From Lingula anatina (Eukaryota > Animalia > Brachiopoda): 64,000 nt of DNA. The notes beneath the pieces were generated by a model, which searched no databases, was not told the DNA's origin, and saw only the letters and a list, made by a program, of their open reading frames with translations. Positions 50,404-61,716 of this stretch are shown piece by piece (the stretch's first letter is position 1; the number at the start of each line of letters is the position of its first letter). The translations under genes were made by a program, and so were the position numbers. Where the stretch lies: NCBI GenBank assembly GCA_051362555.1, contig CM120641.1:868001-932000 (forward strand), written 5' to 3'.

Positions 50404-53400
50404 CTATACTTTCCCAGTCACATCACTGACAGAAGAATAACCATCGGGTTCGTTTGCTCCATGCACATCGTCCAACTCTGCGTAATGGTTTTCCTCGGGT
50501 TCGTGGTCGTAGTAAAATGGTTCTTTATTTTGCTCTCCAGTATCATTCTGTACAGACTCCCTTTGTTCCTCATAGTTATCATCCTCACACACGGGAGAAT
50601 AGTAGACAGTTTCACTGTCCACGTGGTCGGTTGGCGTTTTTACAGTAAATACCGTGGGGGGATTTTTGACGTCATTGTCTTCGCAGTTTAGTTTTGTCAC
50701 CAAGTAGGGCGGGACGTAATTTCGGCGGGACGTAATCTCATCTGCTGTGTTATAATCCTGACACACACTACTGTAATAAATTTCGTTATCCGTCAACAGC
50801 GATGGAGATCTGGACAGTTGTTTCTCTGGATAGTAATAAATGCTGGATTCAGAGATGTTTTCGGAATCGTTGCTAAAACGTCTTTCCCGGTGAATAGCAA
50901 CGTCGTGGTTATCAGAGGTTACTGCGTGCTGAAAATCGGGATTGTGAAATTTAATATTGTCTGTATTCTCGTTGTTCTTTGTGCGCATTAATAGGACTCG
51001 ATCGAAATTGACGTAGTTTTCTATTTCCGAAATGTTATCGTCTACAGGCTGTTCATTTTGCAAGTCTCGAGGATATCCGTCTGTTCTTTTGTCGGGAACT
51101 GTTGGAATCTGCTCATGGGTTTCAGCAGAGTTCGCACAATGGTTGTGAGGGGTTGGATCCTTTTGGTACGTCTTCGTAACGGTTGCGTATATGTATGAAG
51201 AACTTCTGTAACAGCCGTCGTCGTCAGAAGTCGGTAATCCTGACAGACACTGCCGAGGAACGAGGTAGGAAGCAACGCTACGGCTGTCGTTGATATCATC
51301 TTCCTGTATTGCACGGGGAGTCTTGGAGGGCGGGGCCAAAGCATTCGGTGAAACGGTTGTTCTAATGGTCAGTTCATTAACCTTTGTTTTCGTTGGGTTG
51401 GTTAGGGTTGGTGATTTCAAGGAAGAGTCTTTGTCATCGGTGGCAGAGTCAGAGGGGCCTTGCACGTTTCTGAGAGCTTGTTTTGCCAGAAGAAGTTCGG
51501 CGACTTTCGGTATCTTAGGGCCGCCATTCCTCTTCGACTCCGACATATTTTCGTCAGGTTTATTTGCAGACCCATGCTGTGCAGATTTACAAAAACCAAC
51601 ATCAGTATCGTGTATTTGTAGTTTTTCTGAAGAATGATCGTCTAGCGACGTGTAGAAATCCCTTGCATCCGGGTTTTTGGGCCGACGGTCTTTGTCGGCT
51701 GAGAAGGCGAGGTTTTCGTACGCTGACGGATGGCAGGTGGGAGAGGAGATGTGAGTAGTTTCTGGGTCCAGGTAAATAGGAAAATCCTGGGAAATAAAAC
51801 ACGATTTTTTAATTAAATTTGCCCTGTTTTATGGTCCGTTATTTGTGTCGTTCCCATATAACTTAAAGTTTCAATTTGTGATAAATCAAATAAAACTGAA
51901 TATACCTACCATATCATTGCGCCTGTCGTGGTTGTGAGCAGATTTTTCCGACTTCATGCGCCTAAAAAAGTTGATGTTTGTTTTATAAAAAAATTGACTG
52001 TTTAGATGAAGACTTCAAAAGCAGACTTAAGAGTTTACGAGAGTCTTTGCTGGGGAATAGAGAGACGAGAAAAGAGGGAGAATAAAACTGAAACGCTCAC
52101 GTCAAATAACACACCTGAATTACCTACATGTAACCTGTTAGCTAACTTTAATCTATGTCGTTATATGTTGTTGTATCATGTTGTTATAACATCTCTCGTT
52201 CCGTTATTCAAATAAAAATTAAAGACATCTCGATCGTATTACCATTTCTGTTTTTTCTTGTAAAGAAAACAAATAAGGATGCCGACGGCCGCCAGAACTA
52301 CCAGACCGCTCACTGCGACTATCCCAGCGGTAACAGCGACGTCTGGCGGCGGGTTCGAAAGCTTTGTATCGTGTCTAGATGCGTTACCATAGGTTTCTGA
52401 AACGAAAAAAGAATACACATTAAAGTCTTACTTGATTTGAAATGGTAGGCCTGTAATAAACGGACCAAACTCTTTTTTCAAGAAGTCACCAAAGCACCAG
52501 GCGAAAAAGGACATTTTCTTTCGTTTGACAGTTAATCACATTTCCTTAGGGTGCACATTTATATCAAAACTGCATCAAAATCTGTTAACTCCCATTTGTA
52601 GTTTTTTCTTGCTAATCTGATCGGTATCCTTGGATATTAACTGTAAACCTATGTTTAAGATTTTTTAAAAAGCTACTTTTCTACCGTGTGAAGAAATATT
52701 TGGTATAGAAGTGGCAGACACAGTGAGGGACGAAGTAGACATAGTGTAAAAGCTGGTTGCGGTAGTTGTGTCGCTGCGTGTCTCTGTTGCACTGGTTGTG
52801 CTACCTGTCTTCTCTGTCGCAATCGGCTCAAGAGTGGCAGTGGGCAGGGTTTTGGCAGAGGTTGAAACCGTCGACTCGGTGGTGACTGTTGTTGTTTCTG
52901 TCGTGATAGCGGTGGTAGCGGTCAGCCTCCGCCGCAAGCAGCTAAAAAATGAAGCACACTTCACGGCATCGCCTTCATTGGGTTTCTTGCACTTGCCCTC
53001 ATCAAAATCAAACAACCCAAAATTCTTGCAATTCAACAGTTCCACCGTGCCCGTCTCGCCGTCTGTGCACAGGTAGTAGGTGTGACAGTCATGATGGTTG
53101 GCATACCGCACGTCTGTCTCGCACCACGCTTCCCCATACCAACACTGGATTAACCTTTCTGTCGTTTAGATAAAAACTGTGATTAGATAGTTGATTATGG
53201 TAGTCAATATATTCAAATGCAACAAATAGTTAAAGCTAAGATGTAACAATTACAATGAAAGTTAATGAAAAACTATTTAAAAGTTTAAAAGGTCGTTGAT
53301 TTAATATTATATTCATTGAAAAGTTGATAATTGGCTTGGTTATTGTTGTCCGACGTTATTATGAGAATTTGAGAAGACGGAAGAACAATATAGGTTGTTT

Positions 53401-53789
53401 TCAATTTTTATTTTTAATGACAGGCTTCATCGGGTCGTTTTTTCGCCTAAACTGTATACTAAGCAGAAAAACCGTTCGCTTCCTGTCAGTGCCAAGTGTA
53501 TATTTAGTTTAACTGATGTATGCAGCACAGTGTACTCAAATATATTGTACTATTTTGGCATATTTCCATCTGGTAAAATATAACTAAGTCTAAGTTAATT
53601 TTCTTCTTCGTTGTTGATTTACACTCATGGAAAAATCGGGTGTATTTTGGACAACGCAGATAGAGAAACGTGGATGGCTTTGTGTGAAAGTATATACCAT
53701 GTAATAAAATGGGAGTCTATAGCCAACTAAATGATGGTGTATTTTCCAACATACAGTCCACATATAAAAGCCTTACCTTCCTGTGGCAT
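50404..53789 (-). CDS. Single-pass membrane protein: CBM14/peritrophin-A chitin-binding domain, Thr/Ser stalk, TM, ~480-aa Tyr-rich cytoplasmic tail
   Basis: Phase-consistent exons 53158-52685 (six-Cys WCETD..HDCHTYYLC..LNC..FD..GKC..VKC plus T/S-rich stalk), 52396-52243 (TM VAVTAGIVAVSGLVVLAAVGILICFLY-KKKQK), 51961-51910 and 51786-50404 (in frame with the 380-aa ORF). The first exon 53789-53777 (MPQE, GTAAGG donor) is tentative; no signal peptide identified. Confidence 0.78.
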
Positions 53790-55041
53790 TCTCCTCTGTG
53801 TTCTTTGTGTACCACCTGATCAGGGGTCTTCGACTACAGCCTGCTCGGGTTCAAAAGTCGGCAAAGTTGGAATGAGGGTTTTTCCTAGTACAGAAGAGTT
53901 TCTTGCATCACTGGTGTGTCACAGAGTCTTCCTCGGCTTCATTTTCCTTTGTTTGCAAATGTTGACGGCGGAACGTTTACCTCTGATGATTAGAGACATA
54001 ATTATCGCTATCAACTGGAGCGGAAAACTTGATAGACTTGTCAATGTTCCTTACAATAACCCTGGGGCAACTTCGCGGCCTCGTAATATTGCTTCCTTAG
54101 CCCCTTATCTTACAATGCCTTTGCCTGATTTGCACGGGACAATGACTCTGAGTAGACTCTGTCAACGGCAAAAGATCGAGGGGGGGGGGGGGGGGGGGAG
54201 GGGGTCCGGGGGGGGGGGGGGGGGGGGGGAGCATAGTTCTCCTGGCTTCTCCACACACCCCTGAAAGGACAATATGACGAGCGAACCGAGACTAGAGCAA
54301 CTAATTTTCTGTGACCTGTCAATCATATTTTGGGTTGTATTTATAAAATAATAAAAGATATCACACATCCAAATTCAATATATGTACCCCAAATCAAGGA
54401 GTTCTATTTGTTGGAATCCTTGCGAAAATCAATACTGAACGTGACTATTTTCTAGGGGTCTGTGTTTATTTTAATGATCTTAATGCAAATCTTTTATTAC
54501 ATTTAACTTGAACTCATTTATCTGTACAACTCCGAACTATTATTATTATTGTATTTATCATTGTTATTTTCCTCGTCTGCCATTTTACATTTGCCTCGCT
54601 ACACTGTCATCACCATACAATGTACAGGTATACAGGTACCAGCAGAGGGCGTAATGAGCTCTTCTGAGGGCGAGGAGGGGGGGGGGGGGGGAGAACGTTT
54701 GTCCTTTATATTGAATGCAGACACTTGAATGTTTCGGAAAACTTTGAATTTTTATTTTACCTGGGATAATATTACACTTAATTGGTGATGGATCTGTTTT
54801 ACAAGGAAAATAAAAAAAGTAACGTTACGTTTGAGAATTAAAGACAGTTGTTTTAACATTGTTACTTAAATCTATCTGCTACAGAACTGTTTTGAATCAA
54901 AGTATTATTACACATCTTCAGTGAAGACCAACTTCTCTGTGAAAATTAAATCTTGTCTCTCTGTCCTGAAGCAACGAACGCATAAAGGGGATGACAAGAG
55001 GGGGAGAGACAGAGATTGCTCAGTTAAGAGATGTACTTCAA

Positions 55042-55113
55042 GCGTGGATGGTGTAACGGTTAGCATGGTTGCCTTCCAAGTAGTCGAACTGGATTCGACT
55101 CCCGGTCCTCGCA
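55042..55113 (+). tRNA. trnG: tRNA-Gly(TCC), divergent copy, possible pseudogene
   Basis: Same 72-nt sequence as the other copies but with 4 substitutions, in the anticodon stem, variable loop and T stem/B box (GGATTCG instead of GGGTTCG). Confidence 0.75.
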
Positions 55114-56074
55114 AAATTTCTTTTATCTCTTTAAAATTGGACCCTAAGTATAAAGCAGCAGGTTGCCAACAACTGAGGATGAAAGAGGGACCACGCCCGA
55201 TGCGTATATATTCTAGGTCTAATGTGCGACCAATTTTTCCTTACTTTGAAGTTTTTCCTTCTATTTTAAAGTTACTACCGTACTAATCAGTACACGCAGT
55301 TCGCCGCTGTTTATATTCACAATATACTTAAGCTGGATTTCCTTGGCACTTTTTAGGCAAGAATTTCTGATTATTTTGTCTTCAGTCTTTAGTGATGGAA
55401 GAGGAAGACAGCAGTGGTTTATAAATCTTTTCGTGAACAACCGCATGCGCACATTCTGTTCAGTCTGTAAAAAGAGAGATCTTCGGCATTTCCTCGACGC
55501 TTTCGTATCCACATAAAAGTCGAAGGAACGCTCCTGAGGTTAGACACATATACAAAACTGCGATAGACGAGTCTGATAAGTGACATGTTCTCTTTCATAA
55601 TCCATCACCCCGGCTTGGTGACAAAACCTTTAATTGGGACTGGCAGCGTCTACCTGCTATCTCTATCTTTGAGTGGTGAACTCAGATACGATCAATGCTG
55701 AAACTGAGGTAAAATTAATAGAGGAAATAATGAGATCGCGCTTTCAGGTGCAGACACATGGTCCCTTTGAACTTGGAACCGCTATTTCATGTACTAATAA
55801 GACCTAGTATATCGTATCTTGGGTCCAAGTATACATGTGTATATAAAAAGAACGTGCGCAAGTATCTCTTGTCATGAAAAGTAATAGTGCGATGGTTCGC
55901 TTTTTTCTATTTCTTTCATTGGTAGAGGTTTTTCTATATAAAGCATCAGGTTGCCCACTGAGCTCTCAAACGTCCTTTGAGCCCAAACTGGTATTACCAA
56001 AAAGAAGTAAACAAACAAAAGAAAATGTGCGAGGACCGGGAGTCGAACCCGGATCGACTGCTTGGAAGGCAACC

Positions 56075-58844
56075 GAGAAGGAATGTTTATTGATCATAAA
56101 GAACCTTAACATACAAGGTACAGATCATCGATAGCGTACAAGCAAATATAAAATGGTCACAGAAATACAATACTAGATATAATAGATTAAAAAAAAAAAA
56201 AAAAAAAAAAAAACTACATGGAACATACGAATTAAACTTACACCTAAGAATGGATATTTTACTGACCGACATCCAACTATAACAAGGCACCATAACACTA
56301 CTAGCAATAATGACGCACAATTACAATGAGAAATAAATAAATAATTATATAGGTTATATATCCAGCTACAGTAGTTTTTTTGTGTGTAGCATTTCGTTAA
56401 CCCATACTATCCATCCATCCCGACTTTGCTAATGACACACAGGGATTATGTTAACTAGTGTTCTGGATAGTGAGCAACTTATCCCTAAGTTTTAAACAGC
56501 TACCTAAATATTGTACTACAACATATATAATGTCCATCTCAACAGACCCCATTAGAAAGTTGAATATTTCTTTTTCACTAAACCCTTCAAATGATACAAA
56601 AGACTCTAGCTTAGTACTCATTTGGTTCCGCTGCTCTGTATATACTGGGCATTCCCTAACTAGATGAAATTCATCTTCTATTCTCTGAAGATCGCACAAT
56701 TTACATAACCTCTGCTCCAGCGGTGTCTTAGGTCGGGTAAATCTCCCCCGCTCCACCTGTAGGGTATGTGCACTTAATCTTATTTTACAGAAGGTGGCTC
56801 TTAGACTCTTATTCATAATAGTAGTGTAATTCTCACATGAGAATCTGTTTTTGAAGCCTACATATGTTCTAAGTTTTTTACTACTATCTACTGCCTTTAT
56901 CATCTCTTCCCATTCCTCACTGTAGGCCTGCTTCATGTGTTGCTTTACTATGGCCTGTGTGTTGCTGTTGGATATTTTAATGGGATTAGCCCATAATTCC
57001 TCGGCATGGCCTACTAAGAGTGCCGCTTTAATACCTGAAGACCAGGTTGTGATACCAGCTTCTGACATTGCCCTGTTTTCAATAAGGGCATCGAGTACAA
57101 TGTCATTTTCACCTTTATATAGTCTATAGTTCAGGTAACTCCAATATTTGACCGCCAGGGCCGTGAGGTGAATTAGTATGGGGTAACTTCCCAATTCACC
57201 CCTTGCAGCGTGGTTACTGGCTCTCTTGTGGATTCCCAGAATGGTCTTACAGGCTTTAATGTGGAGCTGCTCTGCTGAGGGCTTGTCACATGTGGAGAGA
57301 ATATTATTTTTTTGCATTTTGTGTATCAGATATGGAATCCACACTTCACTACCGTAACCCATAACTGGTACCACTAGGGATTGGAAAAGTTTTTTTGCGA
57401 CGGCCGTGGGGGCGGCAAACAGCTGGTTACGAATTTTGAAGAACACTTTAGCTGCCTTGTCTCTCAGTGTGTCCATACCTTTGGTAAATTTGCCGGAGGG
57501 GGTGAACGTAATTCCCAAGTAGTTATATTCAGTAGCAATGCCCACTCTCTTTTCCCCCAGTGTGAAGATCTCTTTATCTATTGTTCGCCCTAGCTTGTTG
57601 AAGATAACCACCTTAGTCTTATCTGTGTTCACTCTAAGTTTCCATCTGTCACAATAACTAGCTAGTTGGTTCAAGGAAAACTGGAGACCTTGTGCACTTT
57701 CTGATAGTATGACTAAATCATCAGCATACAGTAGGCATGTGAGTGGTCTGTTATTCAAAAGCGGTGGCTTGCTTTGAGACGTATCCACAAATAGGTCTGG
57801 TATGTCCTTTATGAAAATATTGAAAAGGGTGGGGCTTAGCACACATCCTTGTTTAACTCCCACGCTCGTACTGAAGGGGTTGGTGATCCCCCCCTCACAC
57901 TTAATAGAAAACATTACTGAATTATACATACTTCTGAGTATGTTTACGAATTTAGAGCTAAAATTTGCCTTAATTAATTTATAAAGCAGTCCATTCCTCC
58001 AAACAGTGTCATATGCCTGTGAAAAGTCTACAAATGCTGCATAAAGTTTGGACCTAGAGATCTTGTGAATGTATTTATCTACCACACTCTTCAGTGTTAG
58101 GATATGGTCACTGGTCCTGGCACCTTTCCTAAATCCGATTTGGTTGTCAGGGATGATTTTCTCTTTCTTGACATGGTTATTTAGCCTTTTGTTAAGTACT
58201 TTACAGAACAGTTTGGATAAGTTGCTTGAGATAGCTATTCCCCTATAGTTGCCTGGACATCTGCGATCTCCTTTCTTGTGGAGCACGCTAAGGGTGCTGG
58301 TACGCCAGGCGGTCGGGAATTCTCCTGAGGAGTAGATTACATTGAAGACCTTAGATATTGCCGGTGCTAATGAAGTAATCCCTTCCTTTATCATCTCGTT
58401 AGGAATACCGTCTAGACCTGGGGCTTTATTTCTTTTCAGACTAGTTGCCGCCAAACGAACCTCTTTTTCCGTAATACGAAAATCCATTTCATTGAATACC
58501 CTATGGTCGTGTTGCAAGTGGTATTTGTTTATTTCATCCTCAAAAGATGTGTCATCATGCGGAATTTTCCTATTCATTAATTGATTGAAATGACTCCACC
58601 ACTCGCTTGGTGGGATAGGGTTTCCAGAAGACTGCTTTTTAGGGCAGAGTTTATCATACATCTCCCAGAATGCCTGCGGGTCTTCATTCTCCAGCTTGCT
58701 TATACGCTGATATATAATCTCCCTGAATGAATTGCTTTTGCTATTGAGTAGACTTTTGTATCTTTTTTTCATGGCACAGTAATCTTGGACCATCTTTCGA
58801 TTCTCCGGGTTCTTACGTATTTGTCTAGCCAAGGACCGGAGTTA
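56075..58844 (-). mobile_element. 5'-truncated RTEX-like non-LTR retrotransposon (2.77 kb) inserted in tRNA-Gly, 6-bp TSD
   Basis: TSD GCAACC at 56069-56074 and 58845-58850; 3' end AATAAACATTCCTTCTC; same orientation as the tRNA. Clade assigned from motif recall. Confidence 0.9.
56451..58832 (-). CDS. Reverse transcriptase ORF (RT plus C-terminal CCHC), endonuclease lost by 5' truncation, 793 codons uninterrupted
   Basis: KAPGLDGIPNE, NYRGIAI, QIGFR, FVDFSQAYDTV, GVKQGCVLSPTLF, YADD, LQVERGR..RLCKLC..IEDEFHLVREC. Confidence 0.92.
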   Translation of the reverse strand: MARQIRKNPENRKMVQDYCAMKKRYKSLLNSKSNSFREIIYQRISKLENEDPQAFWEMYDKLCPKKQSSGNPIPPSEWWSHFNQLMNRKIPHDDTSFEDEINKYHLQHDHRVFNEMDFRITEKEVRLAATSLKRNKAPGLDGIPNEMIKEGITSLAPAISKVFNVIYSSGEFPTAWRTSTLSVLHKKGDRRCPGNYRGIAISSNLSKLFCKVLNKRLNNHVKKEKIIPDNQIGFRKGARTSDHILTLKSVVDKYIHKISRSKLYAAFVDFSQAYDTVWRNGLLYKLIKANFSSKFVNILRSMYNSVMFSIKCEGGITNPFSTSVGVKQGCVLSPTLFNIFIKDIPDLFVDTSQSKPPLLNNRPLTCLLYADDLVILSESAQGLQFSLNQLASYCDRWKLRVNTDKTKVVIFNKLGRTIDKEIFTLGEKRVGIATEYNYLGITFTPSGKFTKGMDTLRDKAAKVFFKIRNQLFAAPTAVAKKLFQSLVVPVMGYGSEVWIPYLIHKMQKNNILSTCDKPSAEQLHIKACKTILGIHKRASNHAARGELGSYPILIHLTALAVKYWSYLNYRLYKGENDIVLDALIENRAMSEAGITTWSSGIKAALLVGHAEELWANPIKISNSNTQAIVKQHMKQAYSEEWEEMIKAVDSSKKLRTYVGFKNRFSCENYTTIMNKSLRATFCKIRLSAHTLQVERGRFTRPKTPLEQRLCKLCDLQRIEDEFHLVRECPVYTEQRNQMSTKLESFVSFEGFSEKEIFNFLMGSVEMDIIYVVVQYLGSCLKLRDKLLTIQNTS

Positions 58845-59916
58845 GCAACCATGCTAACCGTTACACCATCCACGCTTGATGAACGTATTAATCAAGAAAA
58901 ACTGGAAAATTTCTCTCTTTCTCTCTTTCTCTCTCTCTCTTTTTAAATAACTGAGCAATCTCTTTCTCTCTCCCGTGACATATCCTTTTTAACTCCAGCA
59001 CTTCAGGAGATAGCGACAACTTTTAAATTAAAATTTTCACAAAGAAGATGGTCATCACTGAAGATGTGTTATAATACTTGGATCCAACACATTTCTGTAG
59101 CAGATAGATTTAAGTAAAAACGTTAAAACAACTGTCTGTCATTCTCAAACGTTACCGATTTTTTAAATTTTTCTTGTAAAACAGGTTTAAGATCTATCCT
59201 CAATGAAGTGGATAATTATCCCAAGTAAATTAAAAATTTCGGCCATCTGAACATCCGAATTAAGTGTCTGCATTCAGTAGATGTAGGACAAGCGTATTTG
59301 AGAGGTTTTATAGTTTTGAAGGGCATATTGGGAATGGCACATGTACATTAGTTTCGCGGGATATGTAGACAAAGATAATATGACCAAGCGGCATTTTCAA
59401 ACGCGAATGGTATACCTTTAAAATATTAGTTCACGTATTCTCGATATTCTTACTTTTGTCATGCAAAGTTTTGTCAAAGGTAAATTCGTCGTGGACAGAC
59501 ACAGGTGTGTAACCAAAGGTGGTAATTATTTATCATTGAATGTGGTCATTTTCCACACGCTGTGTCACGTTTATCTGGTGTCGTAGGTTTATTGCAAACT
59601 CACTGTACAGAAAATACAAGATTTCTTTGTTCTCATGGATTTTAGAGGTATAAAGGAAAATAACGAAGTAATAAAAATGTGAATAAAATATCAGGGTATG
59701 GTAAAATTACAACGTTGTTAAGGTGTTCACTGGACTTCATAAAAAAGAACTATGGACGGTGATAGTTAGCAATAGGTCAAAAGCCATGTTAATTATCATT
59801 AGGGTGACCATCTCCAAAATGATAATAATGAAAAAAGATAAATAAGTGAAGATATTGCTATACATATTTATGAAATGGTTAAAAGCATTATAGGCCATCG
59901 CAGTTTGTGGCCGTTC

Positions 59917-59917
<1 letters not shown>

Positions 59918-59960
<43 letters not shown>

Positions 59961-60000
59961 TTATTAAGATTGCAACCCAGTGGGTTGAAGTTGTACGTAG
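59918..60000 (-). mobile_element. Short LINE/SINE 3' tail with (TTA)n
   Basis: Minus strand TACAACTTCAACCCACTGGGTTGCAATCTTAATAAA(TTA)n, similar to the tail of the SINE at 26.9 kb. Confidence 0.6.
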
Positions 60001-60652
60001 AATGTTTAAAAAAATTATAATGATAATTAAATGAAAATTTGCATGAATAAAACTGAGTTAAAAGACTGCTAACTGAACTTTAAAATTATTGTACTTAGAC
60101 TGCTAACTGAACTTTAAAATTATTGTACTTAAGATAAAAGACAGCATAATACTATTGGAAATTTAAAAGTGCATATGGAATAAGTCATCAGTCATCAGTC
60201 TCTATCTCTCTCTCTCTCTCTGTCTCTCCATACATGATCTGTACTCTTATAAAGATAAAACAAAAGGTCACTGTCATACCGGTTTGGATCAAGCTAGTAA
60301 CCCAATTCGGTGTGCTGTTAGCAGCGTGTTAACCAGGGACCAAGTTAAACCATTAGGTTAAACTGCCGGTTAAACACGCAGAGAACTACTAGCTAGTAGT
60401 GCCACGTACACACCTGTTAATGGTTACACTGCCATGGGTCGACGTCTGGAATGAATATTTAATACAATTTATGCACGTCTAGACTTCATATTTGATCTTC
60501 CTTTCAAGGAAATAATAGTGGAATATGAGTATAATTATACAATTAAGTTACTACGTCATCTTAAAACAATATGCAATGCTAATAATATTAAAAGGGTACG
60601 AGAAAAAAATTATGTTTTGTATTGTTTTTTGTTCCTTTGGTCGTCCAGGTTA

Positions 60653-60724
60653 GCGTGGATGGTGTAACGGTTAGCATGGTTGCCTTCCAAGCAGTCGATC
60701 CGGGTTCGACTCCCGGTCCTCGCA
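60653..60724 (+). tRNA. trnG: tRNA-Gly(TCC)
   Basis: GCGTGGATGGTGTAACGGTTAGCATGGTTGCCTTCCAAGCAGTCGATCCGGGTTCGACTCCCGGTCCTCGCA; folds as a cloverleaf, has A/B boxes and a downstream TTTT. Confidence 0.92.
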
Positions 60725-60944
60725 CACTTAATTTTCTTGATTTTATGTTTCAAAAATTATCAAACCATTGATTAAGTTGGAACTGTACCAAACTGTATTT
60801 TGAGAGAATACGAGCTTCTTCGTATTTGTCTTTACCGTGTCTAATCTATATTTTTTATCCATATTAAAAGAAATAGGTGATGTGAAGAAATGTAAACTTT
60901 GTCGTGACAGGCTGCAAATATTACAACATGTCATGCGTTATCAA

Positions 60945-61016
60945 GCGTGGATGGTGTAACGGTTAGCATGGTTGCCTTCCAAGCAGTCGATCCGGGTTCG
61001 ATTCCCGGTCCTCGCA
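60945..61016 (+). tRNA. trnG: tRNA-Gly(TCC)
   Basis: Same sequence with T loop TTCGATT; downstream TTTTT terminator. Confidence 0.92.
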
Positions 61017-61674
61017 AAGTATTTTTCTGTTATGTTATAGTTGGTGCGAGGTTAACATAACTCTCCTCTGGTTAGTATGTAAACCAGAAAACCAGAAGTT
61101 ATCATACTTTTTTTTGTAAATTACCTCTTGAAAATATTTTTCAACTTAGTTTAAATCAGAGCAAGAAGCTCCAAAGGCGCGCAACTCTACATGTGGGTGT
61201 GGGGGCAGCTAGAAATATTTTTCAAGTTATTATTCGTTTTACAAAAAAAAAAAAAAAAAAAAAAAAAATTCAGCATTAATCCAGGGGGCTTTCATCTCTG
61301 TGGAAATGACATGATGGATAAACTTGTACCCCATAAATTAACAAATGAAATAAGCCACTTGTCATAACGACCGGAAATTTATCTGAGAATAGGTTAGGAA
61401 GAAATTTGTATATGGATGCACCAACCACTCTGGAGAAAATAGTACGTAAAGCATTGATCTGTATGAAAATGAGACAACTTTTATTATTTATTGGCAACTT
61501 TGCAAAGAGGAATATACACTCAAACAATAAGGGTAATCGAATGAATAAGACCCTTGCGCAGACTTCAGGGTGAATAAAATGAATCTCACGATATATCTCA
61601 ATAAAAATATATAAAAGAATGGCATACACAGTGTCATGGTATTAGTCATATTGGCCCCTGGTGTAAATCGAAAA

Positions 61675-61706
<32 letters not shown>

Positions 61707-61716
61707 ATGGAGATCA

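Larger units (their letters stand above)
56028..58875 (-). pseudogene. trnG: tRNA-Gly(TCC) split by a retrotransposon: nt 1-31 at 58875-58845, nt 26-72 at 56074-56028
   Basis: Both halves match the intact copies exactly; nt 26-31 (GGTTGC) are duplicated. Confidence 0.95.

Noticed and set aside
53731-54368. Gly- or Pro-run ORFs (also 19084-19376)
   Set aside because: Produced by poly-G/poly-C tracts in repeats; no coding signature.
58832-58843. 5' end of the RTEX-like element (ACTCCGGTCCT) resembles the tRNA 3' end (ACTCCCGGTCCT)
   Set aside because: Short gapped match that is also in frame with the RT ORF (LRSL); may be chance and cannot be judged without the family consensus.
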